From positions 583 through 64,582 of the forward strand of contig NZ_CAUQHQ010000001.1 of assembly GCF_963517995.1 (NCBI RefSeq): a DNA stretch of 64,000 nt, written 5' to 3'. Numbering within the stretch: the stretch's first letter is position 1; each line of letters opens with the position of its first letter. The stretch is from an uncultured Campylobacter sp. GTDB taxonomy: Bacteria > Campylobacterota > Campylobacteria > Campylobacterales > Campylobacteraceae. The notes under the pieces were generated by a model. The model made no database searches, had not been told where the DNA came from, and saw only the letters and a list, made by a program, of their open reading frames with translations. Of this stretch, positions 49,738-60,859 are shown piece after piece. Made by a program: the position numbers and the translations under genes.

Positions 49738-50179
49738 GCTCGGCCGCAAGCGACGCAGGGGTTAAATTTGCATTTTTGAAAGGACTCAAATTTTAAAAAT
49801 AACCGAAATTTTAATCATAACTTTTAGCGTTTTGCTTTTTGGCGGGATTGCGCGGATTTGTTTTGCGGACGAGTTTGAGCAAGACGGCTCGGCCGAATAT
49901 AAATTCGCGCCCGCCGTTTCGATTTTATGCCAAATTTTAAAGAGTTTTTGCAAATTTTACGCGAAAAAAATCAGGACGCGATCAAAACGAAGCTGAGATT
50001 TTTGGGAGACCGTTTAACCGTAAATTTGGAACTTGCGTTAAATCGTGCTCTTTGAACCGATACAAAAAGATAAAATGTGGTCGTTTTGATAAAAAATAAA
50101 ATATAAAACGCTCCGGTGCGTAAGTGTATTGATTTAACAAAACGGGCTTAATATAGGACTAAAAATTTAGCGATAATTT

Positions 50180-51928
50180 TTAAATTTTATCTGTATCTAC
50201 AACCTTGTCAAAGATAAATTTAAGCTCCTCTTGGTGTGTGATAGCTAGTACGCCAAGGCGTGGAAAGTCGCGCTTTAGGGCGGTTAAAAGCTCTTTTGTC
50301 AGCGCGCTATCAAGCGCCGAAGTCGCCTCGTCAAGCAGCAAAAACGTAGGCTGCGCAAAATAAACCCTCGCAAACGCAAGCCTTTGCGCTTCGCCGCCGC
50401 TTAAAATCTTGCCCCAATCTTTAACTTCGTCTAATTCGCGGATAAATTTCTCCAACCGTACGCGCCGTAAAATCCCCTCAAAATCGGTATCGACGCCTTG
50501 CAAATCACTAGGATACGCGATAAGCCGCCTTAGACTCATACGCGCTAAAAACGGCTTTTGCGGTACGCTCATCGTCCCGCGCGGTACGCAAACCTCTCCA
50601 GAGCCGTGATCCCAGATGCCCACGATATACCTAAATACGCTGCTTTTTCCAGTTCCGCTAGCGCCGCGTAGCAGCACCCATTCGCCGCTTTTTACGCTCA
50701 AATTTAGCCCGCAAACCAGCTTCTCGCCGCTCGGGGTAAAAATTTGTAAATTTGTACACCTTAGCTCGTTTGCTTCGGCGTTTTCGTCAAATTTATCTTG
50801 TGCCAAATTTGCTGCCGTTACCTGGGCAGGTTCGTTCACTCCGTCAAGATCGCTGTTTTGCTCTCTAATTTTAGCGTCAAATTTGACCTTAGAATCCGTC
50901 GCCTGAGCTATATCGATGAATTTATACACGCGCTCTACGCTAGCAGCCCACTCCATAATCTGTTTATAATAATCCATAAACCACGCAAAGCCGTCCTGCA
51001 CGCTGTAAAACGCCGAGCGTGCCCGCATCATATCGCCAAAGCTCATCGCGTGCGCAAAATAAAGCGGCAAGCAGGCGAAAATCGGGATGAGATTCGTGAC
51101 CTTTAGGTAGCTTGCCGAAAAGCACTCAAGGCGAAACTCGGTGTTCATGATGACGCGCCAGTTGCGCACTACCTCGCCAAAACTCGCTCTAAAGCGCGAT
51201 TTTTCGGCGCACGCGCCCTTCATCAGCGCGATGGCTTCGGCATTTTCGCGGGTAATGAGCAGGTTTGCGCGGTAGTCGGCCTCAACCTGCTGCTTTTCGT
51301 AGTTAAGGCGCTTTAGAGTGCGGCCGATGAGGTGTGTGATAAGCGAGCTAAAAAGCGTATAAACGAGCGCGACGTAGACCAAAAATCCCTCCAGCGCAAA
51401 CTCGCGTCCAAACGCGCTAAAGCGCAACACCTTTGATGCCTCCCAGAGGATAAAGGTAAAGGCAAAAAGCTTGGAGAGGTTGTAAACCATGGATTTTATG
51501 AGATTTACGCTCTTATCGGCGAGCAGGAGGCTATCCTCGGCGATACGCTGATCCGGATTATCAAAGCCCGCAGCGCCGGACAAGCGGTAAAAATTTGCGT
51601 TTTTTAGCCATAAATTTTCCATCTTTTGGCTTAGGTTTTCGCGCCACGAGATCACAAGCAGCTTTTTAAACCAGTTTCCTATCACGATAAAAAGCACGAT
51701 AATCGCGGTATAAACGAGAAACTCGCCCACGAGCGGGAGCATGAGATCTTTTTCAAATTTCTCGATCGCGTCGTAAAATTTTTTATCCCATGCGTTCATG
51801 AGCGTCGCGACCTTGACGATGGCTAGACTAGCTCCCAGCGTCACGGCCAGCATCGTCCACGCCCCCAGCGAGCGCTTGCCCGTCCAAAACCAGCCCGCGA
51901 TGATGAAAAACTTCTTTAAAATTTGCAA
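50180..51928 (-). CDS. YddA/SbmA-BacA-type ABC transporter (fused permease and ATPase)
   Basis: DNPDQRIAED, EADYR, GASGTGKS, LSGGEAQRLAFAR, LDEATSALD. Confidence 0.92.
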   Translation of the reverse strand: MQILKKFFIIAGWFWTGKRSLGAWTMLAVTLGASLAIVKVATLMNAWDKKFYDAIEKFEKDLMLPLVGEFLVYTAIIVLFIVIGNWFKKLLVISWRENLSQKMENLWLKNANFYRLSGAAGFDNPDQRIAEDSLLLADKSVNLIKSMVYNLSKLFAFTFILWEASKVLRFSAFGREFALEGFLVYVALVYTLFSSLITHLIGRTLKRLNYEKQQVEADYRANLLITRENAEAIALMKGACAEKSRFRASFGEVVRNWRVIMNTEFRLECFSASYLKVTNLIPIFACLPLYFAHAMSFGDMMRARSAFYSVQDGFAWFMDYYKQIMEWAASVERVYKFIDIAQATDSKVKFDAKIREQNSDLDGVNEPAQVTAANLAQDKFDENAEANELRCTNLQIFTPSGEKLVCGLNLSVKSGEWVLLRGASGTGKSSVFRYIVGIWDHGSGEVCVPRGTMSVPQKPFLARMSLRRLIAYPSDLQGVDTDFEGILRRVRLEKFIRELDEVKDWGKILSGGEAQRLAFARVYFAQPTFLLLDEATSALDSALTKELLTALKRDFPRLGVLAITHQEELKFIFDKVVDTDKI

Positions 51929-52138
51929 ATTTAGCCTTTTTGTTTGGTTTTTGCTATTTACGGCGAGTCTTTTTTACGGCGCGAATTTTAATCTAAATTT
52001 AGCCTGCATTGAGCAAATTTGTCCGCTCTGCCCTTTCGCGCCAAATTTACGCCCGCCCCGCTAGAAAAAGCGAAGCGGCGTTTTTACTCGCCGCTTCAAA
52101 AAGCAAAATTTCGCGCAAATTTAGCCCGCCAAAGCCCT

Positions 52139-54352
52139 TTAATACGTATAGTTAAACGTCAGCGTGAAATTTCGCGGATCGCCGTAGAAGTTGTTCATGC
52201 CGGCGGTTCTGTTTTGGGTGTTCATGAAATATTTTTTGTCAGTTATGTTTTTGACCGCGAGTCCGAGGCTGAAATTTTTGTTGAAAAAGTAGTTCACGTT
52301 CGCGTCCCAAAGCGCATAGGCTTTTTGTGCCGGCGCTACGTAGGCTACGTTTTGATAAAAGCCCGAAGTCGCGCTCTGCCATCTCACTCCGGTACCAAAG
52401 CTCAGCTTTTGGCTGCTTGAAAAAGGTATCTCGTAGCTGGTGTAAATTTTAAACAAATGCTTAGGTACGTAGGATTTTGCGTTCGCGCCCTTGTCGTAGT
52501 TTACGTTCGTAGAGGTCTTTTTCTCGCTTTTCATATAGACGCTTTTGTTAAACGTATAGCCGGCAAAGAGGTTCCACCTATCTGTTAGCGCGCCTGAAAT
52601 TTCAAGGTCTAGGCCGCGGCTTCGCACCTTGCCCTCGGCGATGCTGTTGGCGGTATTTAGCGGATCTTGGATGGCTCTGTTTTCTTGTACGACCTGAAAT
52701 AGCGCTACGGCCGTGTTTAGCGCGCCGTCAAAGTACTCTGATTTTACGCCCGTTTCTACGTTGTAGCCAACGATCGGCTTTAGGATATTTTTGTTAGCGT
52801 CCGTCGCGCTTTGAGGTTTAAATATCTCGGCGTAGCTAAGGTACCAGCTGTGATTTTTGGCAAAATCCCATGTTAGTCCCGCATAAGGCGCGAAGTGATT
52901 TTTGGTTAGATCTAGCGTCTTTTTGCTCGTATGATTTTTTAGGTCGTCCCACTTTTTGTCGTATTTTACGCTGGTAAATCTCCCGCCTACTAGCAAATGC
53001 CAATCATCGGTAAAGTTATATCTAGTGCCGATACCAAAGGCGCGCTGATAAATTTTAGTCGTGTATAGATCATCGTCGGTGATGCTACTACCGCCCCAGT
53101 TTGGCTCGGCTATGGCGCTACCGTTCCAGTTATATAGCCCTATACCCAGCGAGCTTAGGCTGGCGTTTGGCGCCCATTTGTCGTGGCGGGTAAATTTCTC
53201 GCGAGAGAGCGATCCGTTTACGAAAAACTCGTGCTTTTGGCCGAAAAGTTCGTATTTACCATCTGCGCCGATTTGTAAATTTACCTCGTCCGATTCGTTA
53301 TCGTATTTTCTAAATCTCACGTTGTGCGTCGGTCTTGCTATCGCGACGTTGTAAGGGTTTGTGCCGCCCATCGCACCGAATTTAAACATTCCTTCGCTCT
53401 TGGTGTAGTTTAGTTTAGCGTAGATTTTCGTATCGTCGCTAAGCTGGTGCGAAAGCTCGGTAAAGGCGTTAAATTTCTCGTATTCGCTTTTGTCCCAGCT
53501 CGAGCCGAAGTAGCTTTTGCGGCTCAAATTTAAAAGATTGCCGCCGGCATCGCTAGCAGGCACGCCGTAGATGTCGTAGACGCCGATCGTTCTTTGCCAG
53601 ATGAGGCCGGTAGTTAGCATCGTTTTATCCGTTAGATCAAACTCAAACGTACCGCCCAGCGCCTCTCGGTGACCGTTTTTGTGGTTTTTAAACGAGCCGG
53701 TTTTATTTAGGATGCCGATTAGCCTACCGCGGATCGTGCCATCTGTGTTTAGCGCGTCGGTGACGTCAAACGAGCCTCTGTAGTTATTCCAGCTGCCCAT
53801 ACTTAGGCCCAAATTTACGCCAAGCTCGTCACCCGGGCGCTTGCGGACGAGATTTACCGTACCGCCGGGCTCGCCGTTACTCTGCGTAAGGCCCGCCACG
53901 CCGCGAAGCACCTCGACCCGGTCATAAAACTCGAGATCGGTAAATTCTTTTGAAAATCCAAGCGTGCCTTGAGCCGTGATCGAGACCGAGGATGCGACGC
54001 CGTCTTCTTGGATATTGTCGATGTTAAATCCCCTAGAGACGATACGGTCGCGCCCGCTATCGCGGTAGAGCGTGATGCCGTTCGCGTAGTTCATCGCAGT
54101 GTCTACGTCTTTTAGGTTTAGATCTTTTATGAGCTGATTTGAGACGACGGATACCGACTGGGGCGTCTGGCGTATGCTTAGATTTAGTCCGGTTGCGGTG
54201 CTCATATTTCCCGTCGTATACGAGCCCGTTCCCTCGGTCGTGGATAGGTCTGCCTTGCCATAGGCGGTCACCTCGCCGAGGTTCGCATCGACTGCATAAA
54301 GCGAGCAAGCAAGGTAAATAGATAAGCCTGCAAATTTGCATTGTGCGTTCAA
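52139..54352 (-). CDS. TonB-dependent siderophore receptor (FhuE/FpvA-like)
   Basis: TEGTGSYT, TPQSVSV, YDRVEVLRG, PGGTVNLVRKRP, GDPRNFTLTFNYTY; TTG start. Confidence 0.93.
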   Translation of the reverse strand: MNAQCKFAGLSIYLACSLYAVDANLGEVTAYGKADLSTTEGTGSYTTGNMSTATGLNLSIRQTPQSVSVVSNQLIKDLNLKDVDTAMNYANGITLYRDSGRDRIVSRGFNIDNIQEDGVASSVSITAQGTLGFSKEFTDLEFYDRVEVLRGVAGLTQSNGEPGGTVNLVRKRPGDELGVNLGLSMGSWNNYRGSFDVTDALNTDGTIRGRLIGILNKTGSFKNHKNGHREALGGTFEFDLTDKTMLTTGLIWQRTIGVYDIYGVPASDAGGNLLNLSRKSYFGSSWDKSEYEKFNAFTELSHQLSDDTKIYAKLNYTKSEGMFKFGAMGGTNPYNVAIARPTHNVRFRKYDNESDEVNLQIGADGKYELFGQKHEFFVNGSLSREKFTRHDKWAPNASLSSLGIGLYNWNGSAIAEPNWGGSSITDDDLYTTKIYQRAFGIGTRYNFTDDWHLLVGGRFTSVKYDKKWDDLKNHTSKKTLDLTKNHFAPYAGLTWDFAKNHSWYLSYAEIFKPQSATDANKNILKPIVGYNVETGVKSEYFDGALNTAVALFQVVQENRAIQDPLNTANSIAEGKVRSRGLDLEISGALTDRWNLFAGYTFNKSVYMKSEKKTSTNVNYDKGANAKSYVPKHLFKIYTSYEIPFSSSQKLSFGTGVRWQSATSGFYQNVAYVAPAQKAYALWDANVNYFFNKNFSLGLAVKNITDKKYFMNTQNRTAGMNNFYGDPRNFTLTFNYTY

Positions 54353-54369
54353 AATTTTCTCCTTAATAT

Positions 54370-54385
54370 TGATAATGATTAGGCA
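54370..54385. promoter_or_regulatory. Putative Fur box
   Basis: TGATAAT-G-ATTAGGC versus 7-1-7 consensus TGATAAT-n-ATTATCA, next to minus-strand TATAAT. Confidence 0.6.
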
Positions 54386-54592
54386 AATTATATATCAAAA
54401 TATTTAAGAAAAAATAAAGAGCAAACAAGCGCTAAATCAGACAAAACAGGGGTTAAATTCGAGCGGATAGATTTGGTATTTTGGGTTAAAAATTTTATGA
54501 AAAAAGTTAAATTTTGAAAGAAAAGATGAAGTAAATCTGGATCAAATTTAAAATTTAGCGAGCATTACTTAAAACACTCGCTATTTAAATAA

Positions 54593-55012
54593 TTAAGCAC
54601 CTATAATAATGTGGCTAGCTTTAATGATAGCAGTTACTTCATCACCCGCTTTTAGAGATAGGTTTTTAGCAGATTCGTTAGTGATGATAGCGCTTAGTTT
54701 ATCTCCGCCTGTTATCTCGATATCTACTTCGGCATTTACCGCACCCTCTACTACTTTTACTACCTTACCTTTTAGTTGGTTAGTAGCGCTTAGTTTTAGA
54801 CCGTTTTCGCCTTTAGCTACTATGATAGAAGAAGCTTTAAATAGATAAACTACCTTTTTGCCCGCTACTAGATCTAGAGCCTTTTGGCTATCTACGGTTA
54901 CGGTTGCTTTTACGGTCTCTCCGCCTTGCAATTTTGCTACGATTAGAGAGTTTACCGCTCCCTCTCTTACCTCCGTGATTTGAGCTTGTAGTTGATTTCT
55001 TGCGCTAAACAT
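54593..55012 (-). CDS. Double-TOBE molbindin (ModG/Mop-like)
   Basis: SARNQL and SATNQLKG repeats, GAVN, KAS. Confidence 0.9.
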   Translation of the reverse strand: MFSARNQLQAQITEVREGAVNSLIVAKLQGGETVKATVTVDSQKALDLVAGKKVVYLFKASSIIVAKGENGLKLSATNQLKGKVVKVVEGAVNAEVDIEITGGDKLSAIITNESAKNLSLKAGDEVTAIIKASHIIIGA

Positions 55013-55277
55013 TGCGTTTTCCTTTGTGATTAAATTTGATTTCGTATTAAAATCTGAGCGAATATTAACAACCTAAACTTTTATAAAACTTAAAAACCGA
55101 ATATGCAAAAATCTAACTTTATTACTAAAAACGCATACATTAACGATTATCGGAATTTTAGGCATTTTGATAAATGAAGTAGAAAAATTTAATTTTGTAA
55201 ATTGAAAATCGGGGTAGATGGGTTTTGGTGATGATAGAGTTAAAATTTAGGCTAAAATAATAAAAAAGGAGGCAAAA

Positions 55278-55751
55278 ATGCAAACTCAAAAAGATAAAAT
55301 CGCCGAAGCGCTGGAATACGGCAAAGCCTTAGCGCAAATCCCTAAAAATTTAAAGCGCAGATATCAGCTTCATCGCTTGATTAGATTGAATTTTCCGACT
55401 CTTACGGCATTGGCTTATTGCTTAACCCTGAACTATTTAGGTATGGATAATTTGTATCTAGTCGCACTATCTGCCATTGTTTGTACGCTATTATTTTTAA
55501 TTTTAAAACGCAAATACAGCAATCTTTTTATTAAAAATCCCGAAAAAAGTGACACGATTTTTGCGGTAGAACATTTTGCTACTTTTGCATTGATTTTTTA
55601 TCTTCCTATCACTTTATCCGGCAAAAGCCAGCATAACGATGGGGCAATAGGAGCTTTTGGTGTATTTTTGTTGCTAACTCCGATACTAATTATAGTGATT
55701 GCGGCTTGTATATATCACAACCAGAGTGTTTACGAGGAGCTAAAAGAGTAA
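55278..55751 (+). CDS. Hypothetical membrane protein (~4 TM), AT-rich
   Basis: RBS AGGAGG; hydrophobic segments; atypical codons. Confidence 0.7.
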   Translation: MQTQKDKIAEALEYGKALAQIPKNLKRRYQLHRLIRLNFPTLTALAYCLTLNYLGMDNLYLVALSAIVCTLLFLILKRKYSNLFIKNPEKSDTIFAVEHFATFALIFYLPITLSGKSQHNDGAIGAFGVFLLLTPILIIVIAACIYHNQSVYEELKE

Positions 55752-56305
55752 ATTTTAGTAGTCAAATTCTGTACTCAAATTTACGCAAAGCTAGAGCAGC
55801 TAAATTTGTTTGTTTCATAAGGTGGATTTTGCGATTCTGTAGCGCCAAAAACCATATTATAAGTCGTATCAAATTTACAAAAATAGAGTAGAGCGGCTAA
55901 ACTAACCGTCCGAATTTAACGTAAATTTTAGAACATAAGCCAAGCTACGCTAAGCAAAAGCGGCAGAAAGGCTAAAATGTTAGAAGCACAAATCTCTAAA
56001 AATTTAAAAAATGCCGACTTTACCGTTTAACTAGATTTGCATTTACGAGTTTCAGGCAACGGCTTTTACGCTAGCTTATTGCTACGATGCTTTTTACTCG
56101 CATCTGCCGCTAACCAACGCTACCCCGTAACGGCCGTCGTTTGCCTAGCAAGAAATTTGAGCACTTGCAAGTAAATTTAGACTAAATTCGGCAGCAAAAT
56201 CGCTACCGCAAGGCAAATTTAGTATCCAAATTCGGCGCTAAATTTAGCTACATTTTAAAGCTAAAAATTGTATAATCTACAAAAATTCTTAACAAAGGAG
56301 CTAAG

Positions 56306-56524
56306 ATGGCAACAGATCGAGAGTTGGTTAACTTTTCCCAAGAACACGAGCTAAACACCGTACTAGCAAGACACGGCAAGGCTCAAAGTATAGCAAACCG
56401 AGAGGTTTTGTGCGAGCTTGGCAAAGAGTGCAAGGAAAAACTGGGCAAAAGAGTACTAACGCAGGACGAATTTGACGAGTTTTTAAAACCTGTTTTAAAC
56501 CGCCTAGAAAATAAAAGGGCTTAA
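56306..56524 (+). CDS. Small hypothetical protein (72 aa), monocistronic
   Basis: TATAAT, AAGGAG RBS, downstream hairpin AATTTCGGGA/TCCCGAAATT (56523-56546). Confidence 0.8.
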   Translation: MATDRELVNFSQEHELNTVLARHGKAQSIANREVLCELGKECKEKLGKRVLTQDEFDEFLKPVLNRLENKRA

Positions 56525-56653
56525 TTTCGGGATGATTCCCGAAATTTAATACTTGCGGCCAGTTTCTTACCTCTAGAACAATCTATCTCTATAATAGCCA
56601 GTTTAATTCGCGGCCGATTTTTTCGGGCGGCTAAAATAATCGCCCGAATTTAA

Positions 56654-57646
56654 TCAAATAGGCAAAACGCGGATATTTGGGCTGAGGTTTTCTTGTAATA
56701 CGTTTTCGATCGCGTATAGCGTGCCCGTTGCGCCGCTCGCGCAGCCGTTGCAAGCGCCCATATACCTGATATAGACGTCAAATTTGCCCTCGGCGTCTTT
56801 TTGCAGATCGAGGATTTCCATATTACCGCCGTCCATCATCAGCATCGGGCGGATATCTCTATCTATGACGCTCTCGATGGCTTTTAGCTGGCCCACGACG
56901 GTCATATTTTCAAAGCTCACGTCGTCAAATTTACCCGCGGCTTGCGCGTCGATGAGGGCTTGCTTTTTCTCCCGCTCCATCTCGGCTCTAGTGTCTGCGA
57001 GGATATCGACGAGATAATACTCGCGCTTTTCGTGTCCGCCCGGACGCACGCAGGATTTGCAAAAGGCGCCCGCTTTGGTGTATTGCGTGATCTCCTCGAC
57101 CGTGTGTAGATCGTTTAGGCGGATGACCTCTTTGATCGTGCCTAGGCTAACGCGCGCACACTCGCACACGATGATCTCGTCTTCGAAATGCTCAGGATCC
57201 ACGCCCTTATACTGCGCTGCGGCGGCCTTGATAACGTCGTAGGCCATGACCGAACAGTGCATCTTTTGCGGCGGGACGGCAGGGACGTCTGGGGTATCGC
57301 GCATGGCTTTTTCCACGTCGATGTTTGTGATTTTGACCGCTTCGTCCACGGTCTTGCCGATGCAAAGCTCAGCCATCGTATCCGAGCTTGCCACCGCAGT
57401 GCCGCAGCCAAAGCTCTTAAATTTAGCGTCCATGATGCGGTCGGTTTTCTCATCCACGAGCCAATACAGCCTCACCGCGTCGCCGCAGCTCTCCGCGCCA
57501 AAATCCGCCACGATAAGCTTGCCGCCTCTTGCTTTTGCCTCGTCCTGCGTTATCTCGCCCATAAATTTGGGATTGTTCATGCGGTTCTGGACGTTTTGGG
57601 AGTATTCGTCCCAAATTGAACCGCCTATTAGATTATTTTTTGCCAT
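56654..57646 (-). CDS. nifU: Fe-S cluster assembly scaffold NifU
   Basis: IscU domain (SCGDA, FGCG, KMHCS), BFD-like CEC...FCKSC, NfU domain CNGC. Confidence 0.96.
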   Translation of the reverse strand: MAKNNLIGGSIWDEYSQNVQNRMNNPKFMGEITQDEAKARGGKLIVADFGAESCGDAVRLYWLVDEKTDRIMDAKFKSFGCGTAVASSDTMAELCIGKTVDEAVKITNIDVEKAMRDTPDVPAVPPQKMHCSVMAYDVIKAAAAQYKGVDPEHFEDEIIVCECARVSLGTIKEVIRLNDLHTVEEITQYTKAGAFCKSCVRPGGHEKREYYLVDILADTRAEMEREKKQALIDAQAAGKFDDVSFENMTVVGQLKAIESVIDRDIRPMLMMDGGNMEILDLQKDAEGKFDVYIRYMGACNGCASGATGTLYAIENVLQENLSPNIRVLPI

Positions 57647-57663
57647 TTTATTTCCTTTTTAGA

Positions 57664-57783
57664 GGCGTTGTCTCGCGAGCGTCTTTGAATGAGCTTGCAA
57701 AAATATCGCTGCGGCAACCTATTTGGTTAGCCTTGCTCATTTTTGCTTCACAACATTCAAATCCATCTCGCGATACTGCCGCC
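57664..57783 (-). repeat. Rod-shaped structured element, copy B (120 nt)
   Basis: Reverse complement aligns end to end with 57873-57992, with compensatory changes. Confidence 0.85.
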
Positions 57784-57872
57784 CACTTCCTTTTAAATTT
57801 AACTCAAATTTGGACTTTTTAAAGCTCAAATTTCAATCAAATTTAACCTCAAATTTGAATGTAAAACAATAA

Positions 57873-57992
57873 GGCGAAGTATTTTGAGATGATTTTGAAT
57901 GTTGTGCGGAAATTTTCGTCCCAAGGCTAGACAGATAGTCTGCCGCAGGGCGAAAAATTCAAACTCATTCAAAAGCGCTCAAAAGACAAGCC
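57873..57992 (+). repeat. Rod-shaped structured element, copy A (120 nt)
   Basis: GGCGAAGTA-TTTTGAG...TTTGAATG...GGC-T-AGAC-AGATA-GTCT-GCC...CATTCAAA...CTCAAAA-GACAAGCC; abuts the nifS stop. Confidence 0.85.
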
Positions 57993-57993
57993 G

Positions 57994-59181
<1,188 letters not shown>

Positions 59182-59188
59182 TTATCAA

Positions 59189-59384
59189 TTAGGATATATT
59201 TTATCCCTTTTATTTTCGCGAGGATAATATAACAAATTTTATAAATTTTTGATTAAAATTTTAGCTTAGTTTTTTCAAATTTAGCCGGTTTTTGATAGAG
59301 TTTATATATTGAAATTCCTTATCAAATGAGCAAAACGTCGCCCTTTCAGTCAAATTTGATATAAAAAGATAAAATATATCCTAA
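59189..59384. promoter_or_regulatory. Pair of inverted operator-like sites upstream of nifS
   Basis: TTAGGATATATTTTATC at 59189-59205 and its exact reverse complement at 59368-59384. Confidence 0.6.
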
Positions 59385-59542
59385 ACTTAGTTTGATTTCT
59401 TAAGGTTTTAGAAAATTTAAAAATTAGAAATTTCGCATTTTTGATGAAATTCGGCGAAAGAAACCTAAATTTGACGCGACAAAAAGGCAAATTTGAAGTT
59501 AAAATTTGCGGTTTTTTAGACAAGATGGGATAAAATTTAGAT

Positions 59543-60703
59543 ATGAAAGTCTTCAAGGGAATTTTAAGAATTATTGCCTGGTTTGTAGGCGTCGCTTACA
59601 TAATTTTCATGCTATTTGTATGTTTTTTGGCCCTAATCTCGCTTTTTTCATCCGATACGCCAGAAGGCTACGAGCCTAGTATGCCAACTAGCGCTTGCGA
59701 TTATATCGATGAAAAATTTGAAAAAGAGCTGCAAGGCTTACCTCCCGTTGCCGCTTTGCCGCCCCTAGAAAAAAGACCCGTATTTTGGCTTGGAAAAGGC
59801 AGATTTGCAAAAGGCGTAAAATTTGACCATTTATACGTTAAGAACGAAACCGGGGTCTGGCTTAGATATAAAGACGAGAGGAAAGAAGACCTTTTTTTGC
59901 AAAAAGATATGCCGGGGCGCTACTATGGATACGACGAGATTGACCGCTCGCCGGATGAGATGTGGGTAAGAAGAGAACTTAAATATTATGAATACGGCAT
60001 CTACGATATTTCTCTTTTTGAAAACGAAGCCAAGATATTTTCTCAAACCGCGTATATAGCCACGAGGCAATTTATCGGTTTCTTTAATCTACACTCTATG
60101 AGAGGCACCTCTTTTGCGGCTCCGCAAGGCACCGAGGAAAATTTAAATGCTATAAGAGGGCTTCAAATCCCGCTTGATGGTTTTCCTAAAAATCCTAATG
60201 AGCCTTGGCTTGTTCGGCCTGATAAGCTTGAGGCAAGAGGCTACGGCGGAGACAAAATAGCCAAAAAGCTCGCTCGCAATACCTTTGAGATTAAAGGCGA
60301 GGGATGGCGACAAACCGTGCGCGTAAATAGCCTCGCTAAAGATACGAAAGTCGTCTGCGGGGATAAAATTTGCCTCGCGCTCGCCTTTGACGAGAGCAAA
60401 GTCAATAGCTGCAATAACGGTGCTGCGTCCACGACGATTTACACGCTAAATTTAAAACAAAAATTTAGAGATTTTTACATGCTTCCTAGTAAAAATTTCA
60501 AATACGCCAAAATAATCGACAAATTTACCCTAGACGACGTAAAATCCTTTGAAATAATATTGTCGAAATTTAGAGATTTGGGCGGGCTTGACAAAGGAAG
60601 CGAGTACATAGACTACGAGGTTATCTTGCGAAACGGCGAGGGCGAGCAGGTCAATGAAATTTGTAGAAACCAAACCCAGAAAGTCGGCAACCGCACGCAG
60701 TAA
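59543..60703 (+). CDS. Hypothetical membrane-anchored protein (386 aa)
   Basis: N-terminal TM then soluble domain; family not recognised. Confidence 0.75.
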   Translation: MKVFKGILRIIAWFVGVAYIIFMLFVCFLALISLFSSDTPEGYEPSMPTSACDYIDEKFEKELQGLPPVAALPPLEKRPVFWLGKGRFAKGVKFDHLYVKNETGVWLRYKDERKEDLFLQKDMPGRYYGYDEIDRSPDEMWVRRELKYYEYGIYDISLFENEAKIFSQTAYIATRQFIGFFNLHSMRGTSFAAPQGTEENLNAIRGLQIPLDGFPKNPNEPWLVRPDKLEARGYGGDKIAKKLARNTFEIKGEGWRQTVRVNSLAKDTKVVCGDKICLALAFDESKVNSCNNGAASTTIYTLNLKQKFRDFYMLPSKNFKYAKIIDKFTLDDVKSFEIILSKFRDLGGLDKGSEYIDYEVILRNGEGEQVNEICRNQTQKVGNRTQ

Positions 60704-60859
60704 ATCAAGGCTCGCGCCGCAAACTTGAGATAAAGGCGGTGAAATCTCGGCGCACAAAACCTGCGTCTTTAAGATGTAAATTTAGCGGCGATACGGTATA
60801 AATGCGTATCCTTGCTCGGTAAATTTAATGTAAGGCAAATACGAAAGCCGCCGCCAAAT

